A DNA stretch of 64,000 nt, taken from contig CAVYKI010000009.1 of assembly GCA_963769025.1 (NCBI GenBank), positions 32,001-96,000 of the forward strand. Reading direction: 5' to 3'. The notes beneath the pieces were generated by a model. The model had not been told where the DNA came from. It saw only the letters and a list, made by a program, of their open reading frames with translations, and ran no database searches. Position 1 is the stretch's first letter. Each line of letters begins with the position of its first letter. The translations under genes and the position numbers were made by a program. Shown here in pieces: positions 40,762-50,382 of the stretch. Origin of the DNA: an uncultured Verrucomicrobiae bacterium. GTDB lineage: Bacteria > Verrucomicrobiota > Verrucomicrobiia > Chthoniobacterales > Chthoniobacteraceae.

Positions 40762-40992
40762 TCAGGCCTCAGGACCGCTGACATCCGAAATCACGCCGTC
40801 GAGCGCCGCGTTGAATTCGTTGATCCCCGTGTCCGGGATGATCACCACGTTCGTCTTCCCGCCGCACTTCTCCGTGATGCGGAGGAACCGCCCGCGGAAA
40901 TTCTCGCGAATCTCGACGGTCAATTGCTTGCGCTCGATCTGGATTTCGCGCCGCGCGAGCGATTTCTCATCGGTTCGGAAGGAGGGTTGCAT
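40762..40992 (-). CDS. PUR-alpha-like (PurA/DUF3276) ssDNA/RNA-binding protein
   Basis: IERKQLTVEIRENFRGRFLRITE...VIIP...F matches a single PUR repeat. Confidence 0.75.
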   Translation of the reverse strand: MQPSFRTDEKSLARREIQIERKQLTVEIRENFRGRFLRITEKCGGKTNVVIIPDTGINEFNAALDGVISDVSGPEA

Positions 40993-41067
40993 GGGAGATG
41001 CGAGTGAGCAGAACGGTTGTGCTCCCGCAATGCAATCACGGAGCGCGCCTCGGCAGGGTGCGATACG

Positions 41068-42777
41068 TCAAACGATCGCGGACCGCGCCTTGCGCGAGGC
41101 ATCGCCGCCGGGGCGGAAGGGGGAGACTTTCACCACGTTCTCCGCGTCGTGGTCGATCAGGTGCAGCCAGTCTTCGGTGATGTCCGTGGGCGGGAAGATG
41201 TCATTCTCGCCGTATTCCGCTTCGAGGGAGATGAGCAGGTCGCTCTCGCTGATGCCCTCTTCCTTGCCGGTCGCGAGGGCGCGCTTGATGGCGAGCGCCT
41301 TGGCGCGTTCGACGATGCTCGCGATGATTGCGCCGCTGACGAGGTCGCCGCGATACAGTGTCTCCTTGCGTCCGCTGCGGAGCGTGATGCTGAGAAAGCG
41401 GTTTTCGTCGCGGTGCGCGAATTGCGTTTCGATCACGCGCTCCGAGAGGTGGCGGATGACGGGTTCGACGCCGCCTTTCTCCGCGAGCAGCGCGGGGTCG
41501 TACGGCAGATTTGGCGTGAGGTAGATGCGGTAAATCTCCTCTGCACCCTCGCGGGTCGGGCGGTTGACTTTGATTTTCCGGTCGATGCGGCCCGGCCGGA
41601 GAATGGCGGGATCGATGAGATCCGCCCGGTTGCTCGCGATGATGATGACGGCGTCGTTCAGGCTTTCGAGCCCGTCCATCTCGGTGCAAAACATCGGCAC
41701 CAGCGTGCTGAGGATGCTGTTGAACCGTCCGGCGCGGCGCGTGCCGAGGATGCTCTCGGCTTCGTCGATGAACACAAATGGCAGGTAGCCCTCGCGGCGT
41801 TTCTCGCGCGCGGTGGCGAAGATCTCGCGGACGATGCGTTCGCTTTCGCCGACCCACATGTTGAGGATTTCCGGCCCCTTGATGTGCATGAAAAACTCGC
41901 GCATTTCCTGTCCGGTCTGCGCGCGGAGCTGCTGGGTGAGATTCCACGCGGTTGCCTTGCCGATGAGTGTCTTGCCGCAGCCCGGGGGACCGTAGAGCAG
42001 GAAGCCTTTTGGCGTCGCGTGCTGGAACTTCGCGTAAAGCTCCGGGTGGAGCAGCGGGCCTTCGATGGCTTCGCGAATGGCGCCGATGGCCTCGTGCTGT
42101 CCGCCGACCTTGTCCCACGGCAATTCGGGCACGGTGTCGAGGTAGTATTCGTTGCCCTTGGAACGCGCGAGGACTTCGAGCGCGACCCGGAAGTTCGCAT
42201 CGGCCCGCACATCGTCGCCGGGCTTCAGCTTTTCCTTCGCGAGCAGTTCGCTGCGGTAAAGCACGACGCTCTGCTGCCCCGCCTCGCCGCCCACGCGTAT
42301 GCGGTCGTTGCCGAGCAGCTCCGCGACTTTCACCACCGGCCCGGCGCGGTCATAGCCAAGGTCGCCGACGACGACATAGGCTTCGTTCACCAGCACGCGC
42401 GTGCCGCGCCGGAATCCGCGCAGATCCAGCCGGGGATCGACGTTGCAGTAAAACTCGGACCCGCCGACGACGATCTGCGCGAGCATCGCGGGCCGCCCTT
42501 CGTCGAAGCGCGGATAGGAGGTTACAAACGTTCCGATGCGGTTCGCGGGCGAAGTCACCTTTTGCAGCGCGGCTTCGAGCTTCTCGATGGTGTCATGCGC
42601 CTCGGCCATGATGTCCTCGCGCTCCGCGACCTCCGCCCGGATGTCGAGGAGCCTCGTGCGCGTCGGGTCGCCGGGCGGGAGTTGTGCGATCAGAAGTTCG
42701 ACGCGTGCCAGGAGTCCGGTCGGCTCATCGGGGGACGAAGCTCCCCCTTCGTGCGCCGGAGAAAAATGCTCGTCCAT
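41068..42777 (-). CDS. arc: ARC/Mpa-type proteasome AAA ATPase
   Basis: N-terminal coiled coil, OB-like region, YGPPGCGKT, KGPEILNMWVGESER, FIDEAES, LRPGRIDRKI, SGAIIASIV, ENDIFP. Confidence 0.85.
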   Translation of the reverse strand: MDEHFSPAHEGGASSPDEPTGLLARVELLIAQLPPGDPTRTRLLDIRAEVAEREDIMAEAHDTIEKLEAALQKVTSPANRIGTFVTSYPRFDEGRPAMLAQIVVGGSEFYCNVDPRLDLRGFRRGTRVLVNEAYVVVGDLGYDRAGPVVKVAELLGNDRIRVGGEAGQQSVVLYRSELLAKEKLKPGDDVRADANFRVALEVLARSKGNEYYLDTVPELPWDKVGGQHEAIGAIREAIEGPLLHPELYAKFQHATPKGFLLYGPPGCGKTLIGKATAWNLTQQLRAQTGQEMREFFMHIKGPEILNMWVGESERIVREIFATAREKRREGYLPFVFIDEAESILGTRRAGRFNSILSTLVPMFCTEMDGLESLNDAVIIIASNRADLIDPAILRPGRIDRKIKVNRPTREGAEEIYRIYLTPNLPYDPALLAEKGGVEPVIRHLSERVIETQFAHRDENRFLSITLRSGRKETLYRGDLVSGAIIASIVERAKALAIKRALATGKEEGISESDLLISLEAEYGENDIFPPTDITEDWLHLIDHDAENVVKVSPFRPGGDASRKARSAIV

Positions 42778-43100
42778 CGTTTGGCGGAACATACATCACA
42801 ACGCGCTCCGCGCAATTCGTGCGGGGGATTTTGCGACGATGCCGCGCGGTTTGCGGACTTCGTTCGGCGCGTGGGGCGAACCCGCAGCATGGAAGCCGAG
42901 GCGCACGTTTGGTCGCATTCGCAGCGAAGATAAATCCGTTCGAGGGGATTTACTGGAAGCAGTTCGGCGGCGGTTCGGACGAGGCGCTGCTCAGGCGGAT
43001 GGATCCCGCTCAATTTTCCGACGGAGAAATGCGGGCAATTCCAAAGGGACAAAACCGGAAGCCGACGCAATAGTCGGGCTGACGAACTCGACTCGAAACC

Positions 43101-44324
43101 ATGTCATTCCCCAATCCATTCCACATTCTCGCGTTCTCCGCGGGCCTCGCCGCATCGGGACTCGTTATGCCGACGAACGCTTTCGAGCCAGTCCGGTACG
43201 ACGTCCGTCTCGAAACGGTGTGCGACGGATTTGACGGCGAGTATTGCTGGTTCCACCCACGTGCCGGCGCGATTCCCGGTCCGACACCGACGGTCGTCCT
43301 CACGATGCAAAAGTGGTGGCTGCGGCAGAGCGATGTCTTTCTTCCCGTCCAGTCGATGGTCTCGACCGATCTCGGCAAGACTTGGAGCCACGCCGTGGAG
43401 CATGCGGCCACGCTGGGCCGGCATGCGCCGGTGGATGGGATCGAGGAGGGCATCTGTGACTTCACTCCGAAGTGGCACGCGAAATCCGGGACGCTCCTCG
43501 GCACCGGCCATACGGTGCAATACAAGGACAACAAGCTCGTCGCCGTGCGGCCGCGCGGCGCGGTGTGGTCCGTCCGCGATGCGAAGTCCGGCGAGTGGAC
43601 GCCGTGGCAGACGCTGGCGCTGCCGGACGAGGCGAAATTCTGGAACGCGGGCGCGGGCTGCACGCAGCGCGTGGACCTGGAAGACGGCACCGTGCTGCTC
43701 CCGATCTACTTCAAGGCCGCCAACACCAAGGCGTATTCGACCACCGTGCTGCGCTGCACTTTCGACGGGCGGAAACTCACCTACGCCGCGCACGGCAGCG
43801 AGCTGAACGTGGACATCGATCGCGGGCTCTATGAGCCGTCGCTTGCGAAATTCGGCGGCAAGTTTTTCCTCACCATGCGCAACGACCGCGCCGCCTATGT
43901 CGCCACCAGCGCGGACGGCCTGACTTTCGGCGAACCGCGCAAGTGGACCTTCGACGACGGTGCCGACCTGGGCAGCTACAACACGCAGGCGCACTGGGTC
44001 ACGCACAGCGACGGGCTTTTCCTCACCTACACGAGGCGCGGAGCGAACAACGACAACGTCGTGCGCCATCGCGCTCCGCTCTTCATCGCGCAGGTGGACC
44101 CCGAGCGTCTTGTTGTCATCCGCTCGACGGAGCGCGAACTGGTGCCGAACAAGGGCGCGCAGCTCGGCAATTTTGCCGTGGTGGACGTGAGCGAAAAGGA
44201 GACGTGGGTCACGACCTCCGAGGGCATGGCGCCGCGCGGCTCGGAGAAATTCGGAGCCAACGGCCGCGTGTATGCGGCGCGCCTCCTGTGGGAAAAGCCG
44301 AACACCGAGTGGAACCGGCACTGA
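43101..44324 (+). CDS. Exported sialidase-like (BNR) protein
   Basis: Signal peptide; STDLGKTW, SADGLTF Asp-boxes; YEPS; HRAPL. Confidence 0.8.
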   Translation: MSFPNPFHILAFSAGLAASGLVMPTNAFEPVRYDVRLETVCDGFDGEYCWFHPRAGAIPGPTPTVVLTMQKWWLRQSDVFLPVQSMVSTDLGKTWSHAVEHAATLGRHAPVDGIEEGICDFTPKWHAKSGTLLGTGHTVQYKDNKLVAVRPRGAVWSVRDAKSGEWTPWQTLALPDEAKFWNAGAGCTQRVDLEDGTVLLPIYFKAANTKAYSTTVLRCTFDGRKLTYAAHGSELNVDIDRGLYEPSLAKFGGKFFLTMRNDRAAYVATSADGLTFGEPRKWTFDDGADLGSYNTQAHWVTHSDGLFLTYTRRGANNDNVVRHRAPLFIAQVDPERLVVIRSTERELVPNKGAQLGNFAVVDVSEKETWVTTSEGMAPRGSEKFGANGRVYAARLLWEKPNTEWNRH

Positions 44325-44445
44325 GCGGAACGCGCCGCGGTGAAATCCGAGGGGCCCGGCGGTTGATCGAGCGCAGTCTTGACCGGCGCGGTGCCGCGGC
44401 GCAGGAGTGGTGTGTGCGATTTAATAGCCACAGAAATTTTGCGGC

Positions 44446-44766
44446 ATGAATCCGCGGGACTTGCTCAAGTTCGCCGGTGGTCTTTTCGACGACCGGAAGC
44501 GCCCCTCGGAAGCCGATGCCGAGCAGGAGCGCCAGTGGCGGGCGTACATCATCCGTGCCCGTCAGCGCTGCCTGGAATACCGCGAACTGCGGTACTGCGG
44601 GACGTGCCATCTTTCCTTTCACGCATATCAGTCGTTCTGCGAAAAGTGCAACCACGCCACCGAGCCGCTGCCTGCGGCGTTTGCGGTGGAGTATGCGAAC
44701 GCCGAATTCCCCGATCTCGTCCGGACGCGCGACGATTTTGACAAGCTGATCCGCTACGGAAAGTGA
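44446..44766 (+). CDS. Small Zn-ribbon hypothetical protein
   Basis: CGTC-x10-CEKC; natural composition; converges on the ALDH 3' end. Confidence 0.65.
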   Translation: MNPRDLLKFAGGLFDDRKRPSEADAEQERQWRAYIIRARQRCLEYRELRYCGTCHLSFHAYQSFCEKCNHATEPLPAAFAVEYANAEFPDLVRTRDDFDKLIRYGK

Positions 44767-46250
44767 GCCTCCGCGGCGCTGCGGAACCAGCCAAGGCGCT
44801 GCGGCAGGAGCGAGATGTTGATCTGTTTCGTCTCAAGATACTCGTCGAGTCCTGACGTGCCGAGCTCGCGACCCCAGCCGCTTTGCTTGTAGCCGCCCCA
44901 AGGCGCTTCGTTGAAGGTCGGGTGGTAGCAGTTCAGCCAGGTGATGCCCGCGCGAAGCTGCCGCAGCACGCGCAGGCCTTTAGCGCCGTCCTTTGTGAAT
45001 ACGCCGCCCGCGAGGCCGTAGATGGTGTCGTTCGCCAGCCGCACGGCTTCCTCCTCGGTGTCGAAGAGCTGCACGCATTGCACGGGCCCGAAGATTTCCT
45101 CGCGGACGATGCGCATGTCCGGCTGCGTCCCGGCGAAAATGGTCGGGGCGACAAAGTTTCCCTTGGCGTGCGTCGGACCGGTCAGGCGCTCGCCACCGCA
45201 GAGCAGTTGCGCCCCGTCGGCCTTGCCCATCTCGATGTAGCCGAGAACGCGCTCCATGTGCGCGGGCGTGATGAGCGGCCCCATCTCGGTCTCGGGCAGC
45301 AGGCCGTCGCCAACCGCGATTTTCCGCGAAGCGGCGGCGAGCTGAGGCAGGAATTGGTCCGCGATTTTCCGCTCAAGGATCAGCCGTGAGCCTGCGCTGC
45401 ACACCTCGCCCTGGCCGGCGAAGATTGCGAACATCGCGTACTCGAGCGCGACTTCGAGGTCGGCGTCGGCGAAGACTACGCAAGGCGACTTGCCGCCGAG
45501 TTCCAGCGTGACCTTCTTGATATTGCCGGTCGCGGCCTCGATGATCTTTCGCCCCGTCGCCGTGCCTCCGGTGAAGGCGATCTTGTCCACGAGATGCGAG
45601 ACGGCGAGCGCGTGCCCGGCGGTCGCGCCGGGGCCGGTGAGGAGTTGCGCGGAGCCGGGCGGGAACCCCGCCTCGGCGATCAGCTCGAACAGTCGGATGG
45701 CCGTCAGCGGAGTCGTCTCGGCGGGTTTCAGGATGCAGCAGTTCCCCGCGGCGAGGCCGGGCGCGAGTTTCCACGCAGCCATGAGCAGCGGGTAATTCCA
45801 CGGGATGATCTGGCCGCAGACACCCATCGGCTCGCGCACGACCATCGTCTGCATGTTTGGATCCGGCGTTTCAAAGGTTTGCCCGAGCGGCTTGGTGACC
45901 AGCCCCGCGAAGTAGCGGAAGCAATTTGCCGCGTCGCCGACGTCATACTTTGCCTCGCGGAGCGGCTTGCCGTTGTTGCGCGTCTCCAGCGTGGCGAGAT
46001 CCTCGGCGTTTGCGTCGATGAGATCCGCGAGCTTGAATAGCAATGCCGCGCGCTCCTGCGCCCGCATCTTCGGCCACGGGCCGGAATCGAATGCGCGCCG
46101 CGCGTGATCGGCGGCGATGTCCGCGTCGGTCGCCGAGGCATCCGCGACATTCGCGATGGGTTCGTTGTTCGCGGGATTGAGAACCGTGCGGGTGCCGCCC
46201 CCTGCCGCCTGTACCCACTCACCGCCGAGAAACATGGGGAGAGTCTTCAT
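44754..46250 (-). CDS. Aldehyde dehydrogenase, betaine/aminoaldehyde dehydrogenase-like
   Basis: IPWNYP, FTGG, LELGGKSP, GEVCSAG, EEIFGP, PWGGYKQSG. Confidence 0.92.
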   Translation of the reverse strand: MKTLPMFLGGEWVQAAGGGTRTVLNPANNEPIANVADASATDADIAADHARRAFDSGPWPKMRAQERAALLFKLADLIDANAEDLATLETRNNGKPLREAKYDVGDAANCFRYFAGLVTKPLGQTFETPDPNMQTMVVREPMGVCGQIIPWNYPLLMAAWKLAPGLAAGNCCILKPAETTPLTAIRLFELIAEAGFPPGSAQLLTGPGATAGHALAVSHLVDKIAFTGGTATGRKIIEAATGNIKKVTLELGGKSPCVVFADADLEVALEYAMFAIFAGQGEVCSAGSRLILERKIADQFLPQLAAASRKIAVGDGLLPETEMGPLITPAHMERVLGYIEMGKADGAQLLCGGERLTGPTHAKGNFVAPTIFAGTQPDMRIVREEIFGPVQCVQLFDTEEEAVRLANDTIYGLAGGVFTKDGAKGLRVLRQLRAGITWLNCYHPTFNEAPWGGYKQSGWGRELGTSGLDEYLETKQINISLLPQRLGWFRSAAEAHFP

Positions 46251-46256
46251 GGCCCG

Positions 46257-46285
46257 ATTATCCGCCGTCCCGCCGCGATTCGCAA
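46257..46285 (-). promoter_or_regulatory. Putative internal leaderless sigma70 promoter
   Basis: Minus strand TTGCGA-17nt-GATAAT, then 6 nt to ATG 46250. Confidence 0.55.
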
Positions 46286-46294
46286 GCGGACGAC

Positions 46295-47725
46295 TCAGCC
46301 CTGACGGATGATCAGGGTCTTGATCTCCGTCATCTCCTCCATCGCGTAGCGCAGTCCCTCGCGGCCAAAGCCGCTGTCCTTGATGCCGCCGTACGGCATG
46401 TTTTCCACGCGCCAAGTCGGCACCTGGTTGATGAGTACGCCGCCGACATCGAGTGCGTCGTAGGCGCGGAGAATCCGCCGGATGTCGTTCGTGAAGATGC
46501 CCGCCTGCAAGCCGAACCGGCTGTCGTTGACGAGGCGCAGCGCATCCTCAAACGCTTCGTAGCGGTGGAGCGTGACGATGGGCGCGAACAGCTCCTCCGT
46601 GCACGCAGCGTGCGAAAGTGGGACGTCCTCCAGCACCGTCGCCTCAAGGCAAAATCCGGTCGCTTTCCCGCCGGTGACGATGCGGCCGCCCGCTGCGACG
46701 GCTTCCGCGAGCGCCGCGCGGGTTTTTGCGAGCGCCTCGGCAGTGATCATCGGACCGACCACGGTGGCGCGATCCGTCGGGTCGCCGGTCTTCACTTTCT
46801 CGCGGATGTGCGTGACGAGCCGCGCCTTGAAATCGTCGTACACGTCCGTCTGCACGAAAATCCGCTGCACGCTGATGCACGACTGACCTGCGTTGCCGAA
46901 GCCGCCCGCCGCGATCATCGGCACGGCGGCGGTGAGGTCAGCGTCGGCTTGCACGATCACGCCGGCGTTGCCGCCGAGTTCGAGGCACACGCGCTTTTTC
47001 TCCGCGAGCGCCTTCAGGCGCCAGCCCACATCGGGGCTGCCGGTGAAGCTGATCATCTTCACGCGCTCATCGGTCACGAGGTGCGCGGCGTCCTCATTCG
47101 AGCAGGTCACGAAATTCATCTGACCCGCAGGCACGCCCGCATCCGCGAGCACCTCGGCGAGCAGGAGCGCGGTGAGCGGCGTCTTGCCCGCGGGCTTCAC
47201 GACCATGGTGTTTCCCGTCGCGAGGCAGGGCGCGACCTTGTGGGCGACGAGGTTCAGCGGGAAATTGAACGGCGTGATCGCGCCGATGACGCCGATGGGA
47301 AAGCGCCGCGAAATGCCGATGTGCCCCGCGCCCGGCGGCATCGCATCGAGCGCCAGGACCTCGCCGCTGGAGCCGTTCCAACGCCGCGCCTCTTCTGCGG
47401 CGCAGGTGAAGGTGTAAATTGCGCGATCCACTTCGGCCTCGGCGTAGGTGAGCGGCTTGCCCGCCTCGGCAACAATGGTCGCCGAGAATTCATCACGCCT
47501 CGCCTCAATCCCGACCGCGATGCGCTGCAGCAGCGCGGTTCGTTCGTGCGCGGGCACGTTGCGCGCGGCCGGGAACGCCGCATGGGCTGCGGCAATCGCG
47601 GCATCCAGCGTCCGTTCGTCGCCGAAGGAGACATGTGCGATTTCCTCGCCGGTGAATGGATTTCGCACCGGCAGTGTCGCTGTCGTATCGATCCATTTTC
47701 CGCCGATGAAGAGTCGTGTTTGCAT
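46295..47725 (-). CDS. Aldehyde dehydrogenase (GapN/lactaldehyde dehydrogenase-like subfamily)
   Basis: ITPFNFPLNL, FTGS, LELGGNA, GQSCIS, EELFAP, MPYGGIKDSG. Confidence 0.92.
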   Translation of the reverse strand: MQTRLFIGGKWIDTTATLPVRNPFTGEEIAHVSFGDERTLDAAIAAAHAAFPAARNVPAHERTALLQRIAVGIEARRDEFSATIVAEAGKPLTYAEAEVDRAIYTFTCAAEEARRWNGSSGEVLALDAMPPGAGHIGISRRFPIGVIGAITPFNFPLNLVAHKVAPCLATGNTMVVKPAGKTPLTALLLAEVLADAGVPAGQMNFVTCSNEDAAHLVTDERVKMISFTGSPDVGWRLKALAEKKRVCLELGGNAGVIVQADADLTAAVPMIAAGGFGNAGQSCISVQRIFVQTDVYDDFKARLVTHIREKVKTGDPTDRATVVGPMITAEALAKTRAALAEAVAAGGRIVTGGKATGFCLEATVLEDVPLSHAACTEELFAPIVTLHRYEAFEDALRLVNDSRFGLQAGIFTNDIRRILRAYDALDVGGVLINQVPTWRVENMPYGGIKDSGFGREGLRYAMEEMTEIKTLIIRQG

Positions 47726-47727
47726 GG

Positions 47728-48954
47728 CTATTTTTCGATGACCTCGCGTTTTTCGACGAAGATTTTCAGGCCTTCCTTGGAAAAATTGTCCATCAGCGCA
47801 TCCGGCGCGATTGCCTCCGGCATCATCACGCCGCGCTCGGGAATCGCACCCTCGACGATCAGCCGCGCGGCGAGCGCAGGCGGGATGCCGGTCTGGATGA
47901 CGGTGAGCGAGTAGCCATAGCGCTCGTAGGTCTCGTGGTGGCCGTCCATCGTGTAGATGAAGTACTCGACGCGCTTGCCGTCCTTCGTTCCGAGCACCTC
48001 TGTGCCGACGCACGAGTAGCCGTCCGCCGTCGCACCGAGCGTGGCGGGCTTCGGGAGGTTCGCGCAGGCGACGCGGACGGGGCTCACGTCCACTCCGTCC
48101 ACCTTCACTTTTTTCCACGTGTCGAGTTCGAGCAGCGCGAGGCTCTTCGCGAGCGAGACGACCTTGTCGCTGAGCGTGTATTTGAAGACGGAGTAGCGGA
48201 CGCCTTTCTCGACGAATGGTTTGTGGCGCCCGAGTGAGACGCCTTCCTCGTGCGCGACGGCGAATGTTTTCATGAGCCCGAGCGGCGGTGGGAAGCGGTG
48301 CCATTCGACCTCGGTCTCCAGCGGCTTGCCGGACACCACGCGCCCGTCCTTCACGAAATAGGGCACCGCGCCGAGCTCCTCAAAAAGCGTCTCGGGCGAG
48401 AACAGCACGGCAAAGCGGTAGCCTTTTACGTCGGCATTGTCGGCATCTAGCACGCGGATGCTCTCGGCGGTGTCGAGGCGGTCCATCGCCCACCGGGCGA
48501 AGACATTCACCGCGCCGGGGTCGCAGCCCATGCAGAGCAGGCCGAGAAGGTTTTTTTCGCGGAACCGCAGGTCGAATTTCTCGATCTCCGCCTCGTAGCT
48601 GTTCTTCGTCGGCCGCTTCACGCCGGGCGGCGAATAGATGTCGGCCGCCATGTCGAGGTAATGCGAGCCGGCCTGCGCGCAGGCTTCGAGGACGCTGTGG
48701 TTCACGTGCCAGGTGGCCGCGTTCAGCGTCACGGCAATCTGCTTTTCCTGCAAAAAGGCGGCGAGCTTTGGCGTTTCCATCGCGTTGAGCTGCACGACCT
48801 CGAAGCGGCTCTTCTTCGTGCGCTCGTGCAGGCGTTGCGCGTAGGTCGTGTCCACGTCGCCGAGGTAGATGCGCTCGAAGCACCCGTAGCCGTGCAGTTT
48901 TTGACCAATGACGGAACCCACTCCGCCCATTCCGATTACAAGTGCGTTGGCCAT
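47728..48954 (-). CDS. Saccharopine dehydrogenase / carboxy(nor)spermidine synthase-like oxidoreductase
   Basis: IGMGGVG, YLDMA, MGCDPG, FSPET, HEE, GVMMPE. Confidence 0.82.
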   Translation of the reverse strand: MANALVIGMGGVGSVIGQKLHGYGCFERIYLGDVDTTYAQRLHERTKKSRFEVVQLNAMETPKLAAFLQEKQIAVTLNAATWHVNHSVLEACAQAGSHYLDMAADIYSPPGVKRPTKNSYEAEIEKFDLRFREKNLLGLLCMGCDPGAVNVFARWAMDRLDTAESIRVLDADNADVKGYRFAVLFSPETLFEELGAVPYFVKDGRVVSGKPLETEVEWHRFPPPLGLMKTFAVAHEEGVSLGRHKPFVEKGVRYSVFKYTLSDKVVSLAKSLALLELDTWKKVKVDGVDVSPVRVACANLPKPATLGATADGYSCVGTEVLGTKDGKRVEYFIYTMDGHHETYERYGYSLTVIQTGIPPALAARLIVEGAIPERGVMMPEAIAPDALMDNFSKEGLKIFVEKREVIEK

Positions 48955-49126
48955 GCAGGATCTTTGCCGAAGCCTCGCGCGCTGGCAAGTGTCGGCGATT
49001 CCGAGGAGTCCAACTTTGAGAATTCCGACGGACACTCACTGGCGACGATCTGTTTTTGGAACGGGAGCATTCGCGGCGGCACACTGCGCTTGCAAAGAAC
49101 TCCCGCGAGCAGGCAACGTCCGCTGC

Positions 49127-50245
49127 GTGCGCCTGCTCGACCGCTACATCGGACGTCAATTGCTGGTGTCGGCGATCTTCGCCGTCACCGTTCTCAGCGT
49201 GGTCCTGGTGCTGGGGAACATCTTCAAGAAGCTGCTCGATCTGCTGATCAACCAGGACGCGCCGGCGAGCCTTATCTTCACGTTCATCGCCTACGTCCTG
49301 CCGTACTCGCTCACGTTCACCATCCCGTGGGGATTCCAGACGGCGGTACTGCTGGTCTTCGGCCGGCTGTCGGCGGAAAACGAACTCACGGCGATGAAGG
49401 CGACCGGTGTGAGCATCTGGCGTCTGTGCATCCCGGTGTGGGTGCTGGCGGTGCTGCTCTCGGGCATTTGCCTCTGGATCAACCTCGAGGTGGCACCACG
49501 CGCGCAGCAGAGGATGAAGGATGCGCTTTTCCAAATCGCGACGGACAATCCGCTGGCGATGTTCGGGAGCGACAAGGTGATTGACGATTTTCCCGGACGG
49601 AAAATCTACGTGGAGAAAAGCGAGGGCAAGAAGCTCACGAACCTTTTCATCTACCAACTCGACGAGTACTACCGTGTGAAGAACGTGATGTATGCGCGGG
49701 AGGGGAATATCGGCATGGAAACCGTCCCGAAGTTGACGGACGTTGGCACCCCTTCTGAGGAGCGGCAGATCATCCTGACGCTCCGCCACGGCCTGTATGA
49801 GCAGCGCGATGAGGAACACCCGTACGATTTGTCGCGCATCCGGCAGGGGATCGTGGTGGAGGAGGGGAGCATCGCGATTTCGCTGAAGGAACTGTATGAA
49901 AAGCAGCGGAAGACGAAGAACGTCGCCGCGCTGCCGATAGGCGAGCTGCTCCTGAGCGAGAAACCGGAGAAGCGGGTGGAGCTGAGCAAACGCCTCGGCA
50001 ACGCGCTGGGGACCATCGCGCTCGCGCTGCTGGCCGTTCCGCTTGCGGTGACGGCGCAGCGCAAGGAGACGTCCGTCGGCTTTGCGATCAGCCTTGGTTT
50101 GGGGCTGTTTTATTATTTTCTCATCTTCATCGCCGACCTCGCCCGCAACCGTCCGGAATTGCATCCCGAGTTGCTCGTGTGGCTGCCGAACGTGCTCTTC
50201 TTCATCTTCGGTGCGTACCGCTTTGCGAAGCTAGCGCGCAGGTAA
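49127..50245 (+). CDS. LptF/LptG family LPS export permease
   Basis: LLDRYI, FGRLSAENELTAMKATGVS, 3+3 TM segments around a periplasmic domain, WLPN. Confidence 0.88.
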   Translation: MRLLDRYIGRQLLVSAIFAVTVLSVVLVLGNIFKKLLDLLINQDAPASLIFTFIAYVLPYSLTFTIPWGFQTAVLLVFGRLSAENELTAMKATGVSIWRLCIPVWVLAVLLSGICLWINLEVAPRAQQRMKDALFQIATDNPLAMFGSDKVIDDFPGRKIYVEKSEGKKLTNLFIYQLDEYYRVKNVMYAREGNIGMETVPKLTDVGTPSEERQIILTLRHGLYEQRDEEHPYDLSRIRQGIVVEEGSIAISLKELYEKQRKTKNVAALPIGELLLSEKPEKRVELSKRLGNALGTIALALLAVPLAVTAQRKETSVGFAISLGLGLFYYFLIFIADLARNRPELHPELLVWLPNVLFFIFGAYRFAKLARR

Positions 50246-50382
50246 GCTTCGGACGCCAACTTGACAAGCGTTGCAGGGGCCCTTTCTCTGCGTGTTGTAA
50301 CCCGCACGTTGTGCATCGTCCCCCCCACCATCACAGTGACGCCCCGGCAGTCCGGCGCGGCCTTACCCAATCATGCATCGAG

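Noticed and set aside
43040..43085. c-di-GMP-I riboswitch (GGGACAAAACC...GACGCAA resemblance)
   Set aside because: Lacks the GGCAAA/GNRA-capped P2 and receptor helix geometry; only a superficial word match
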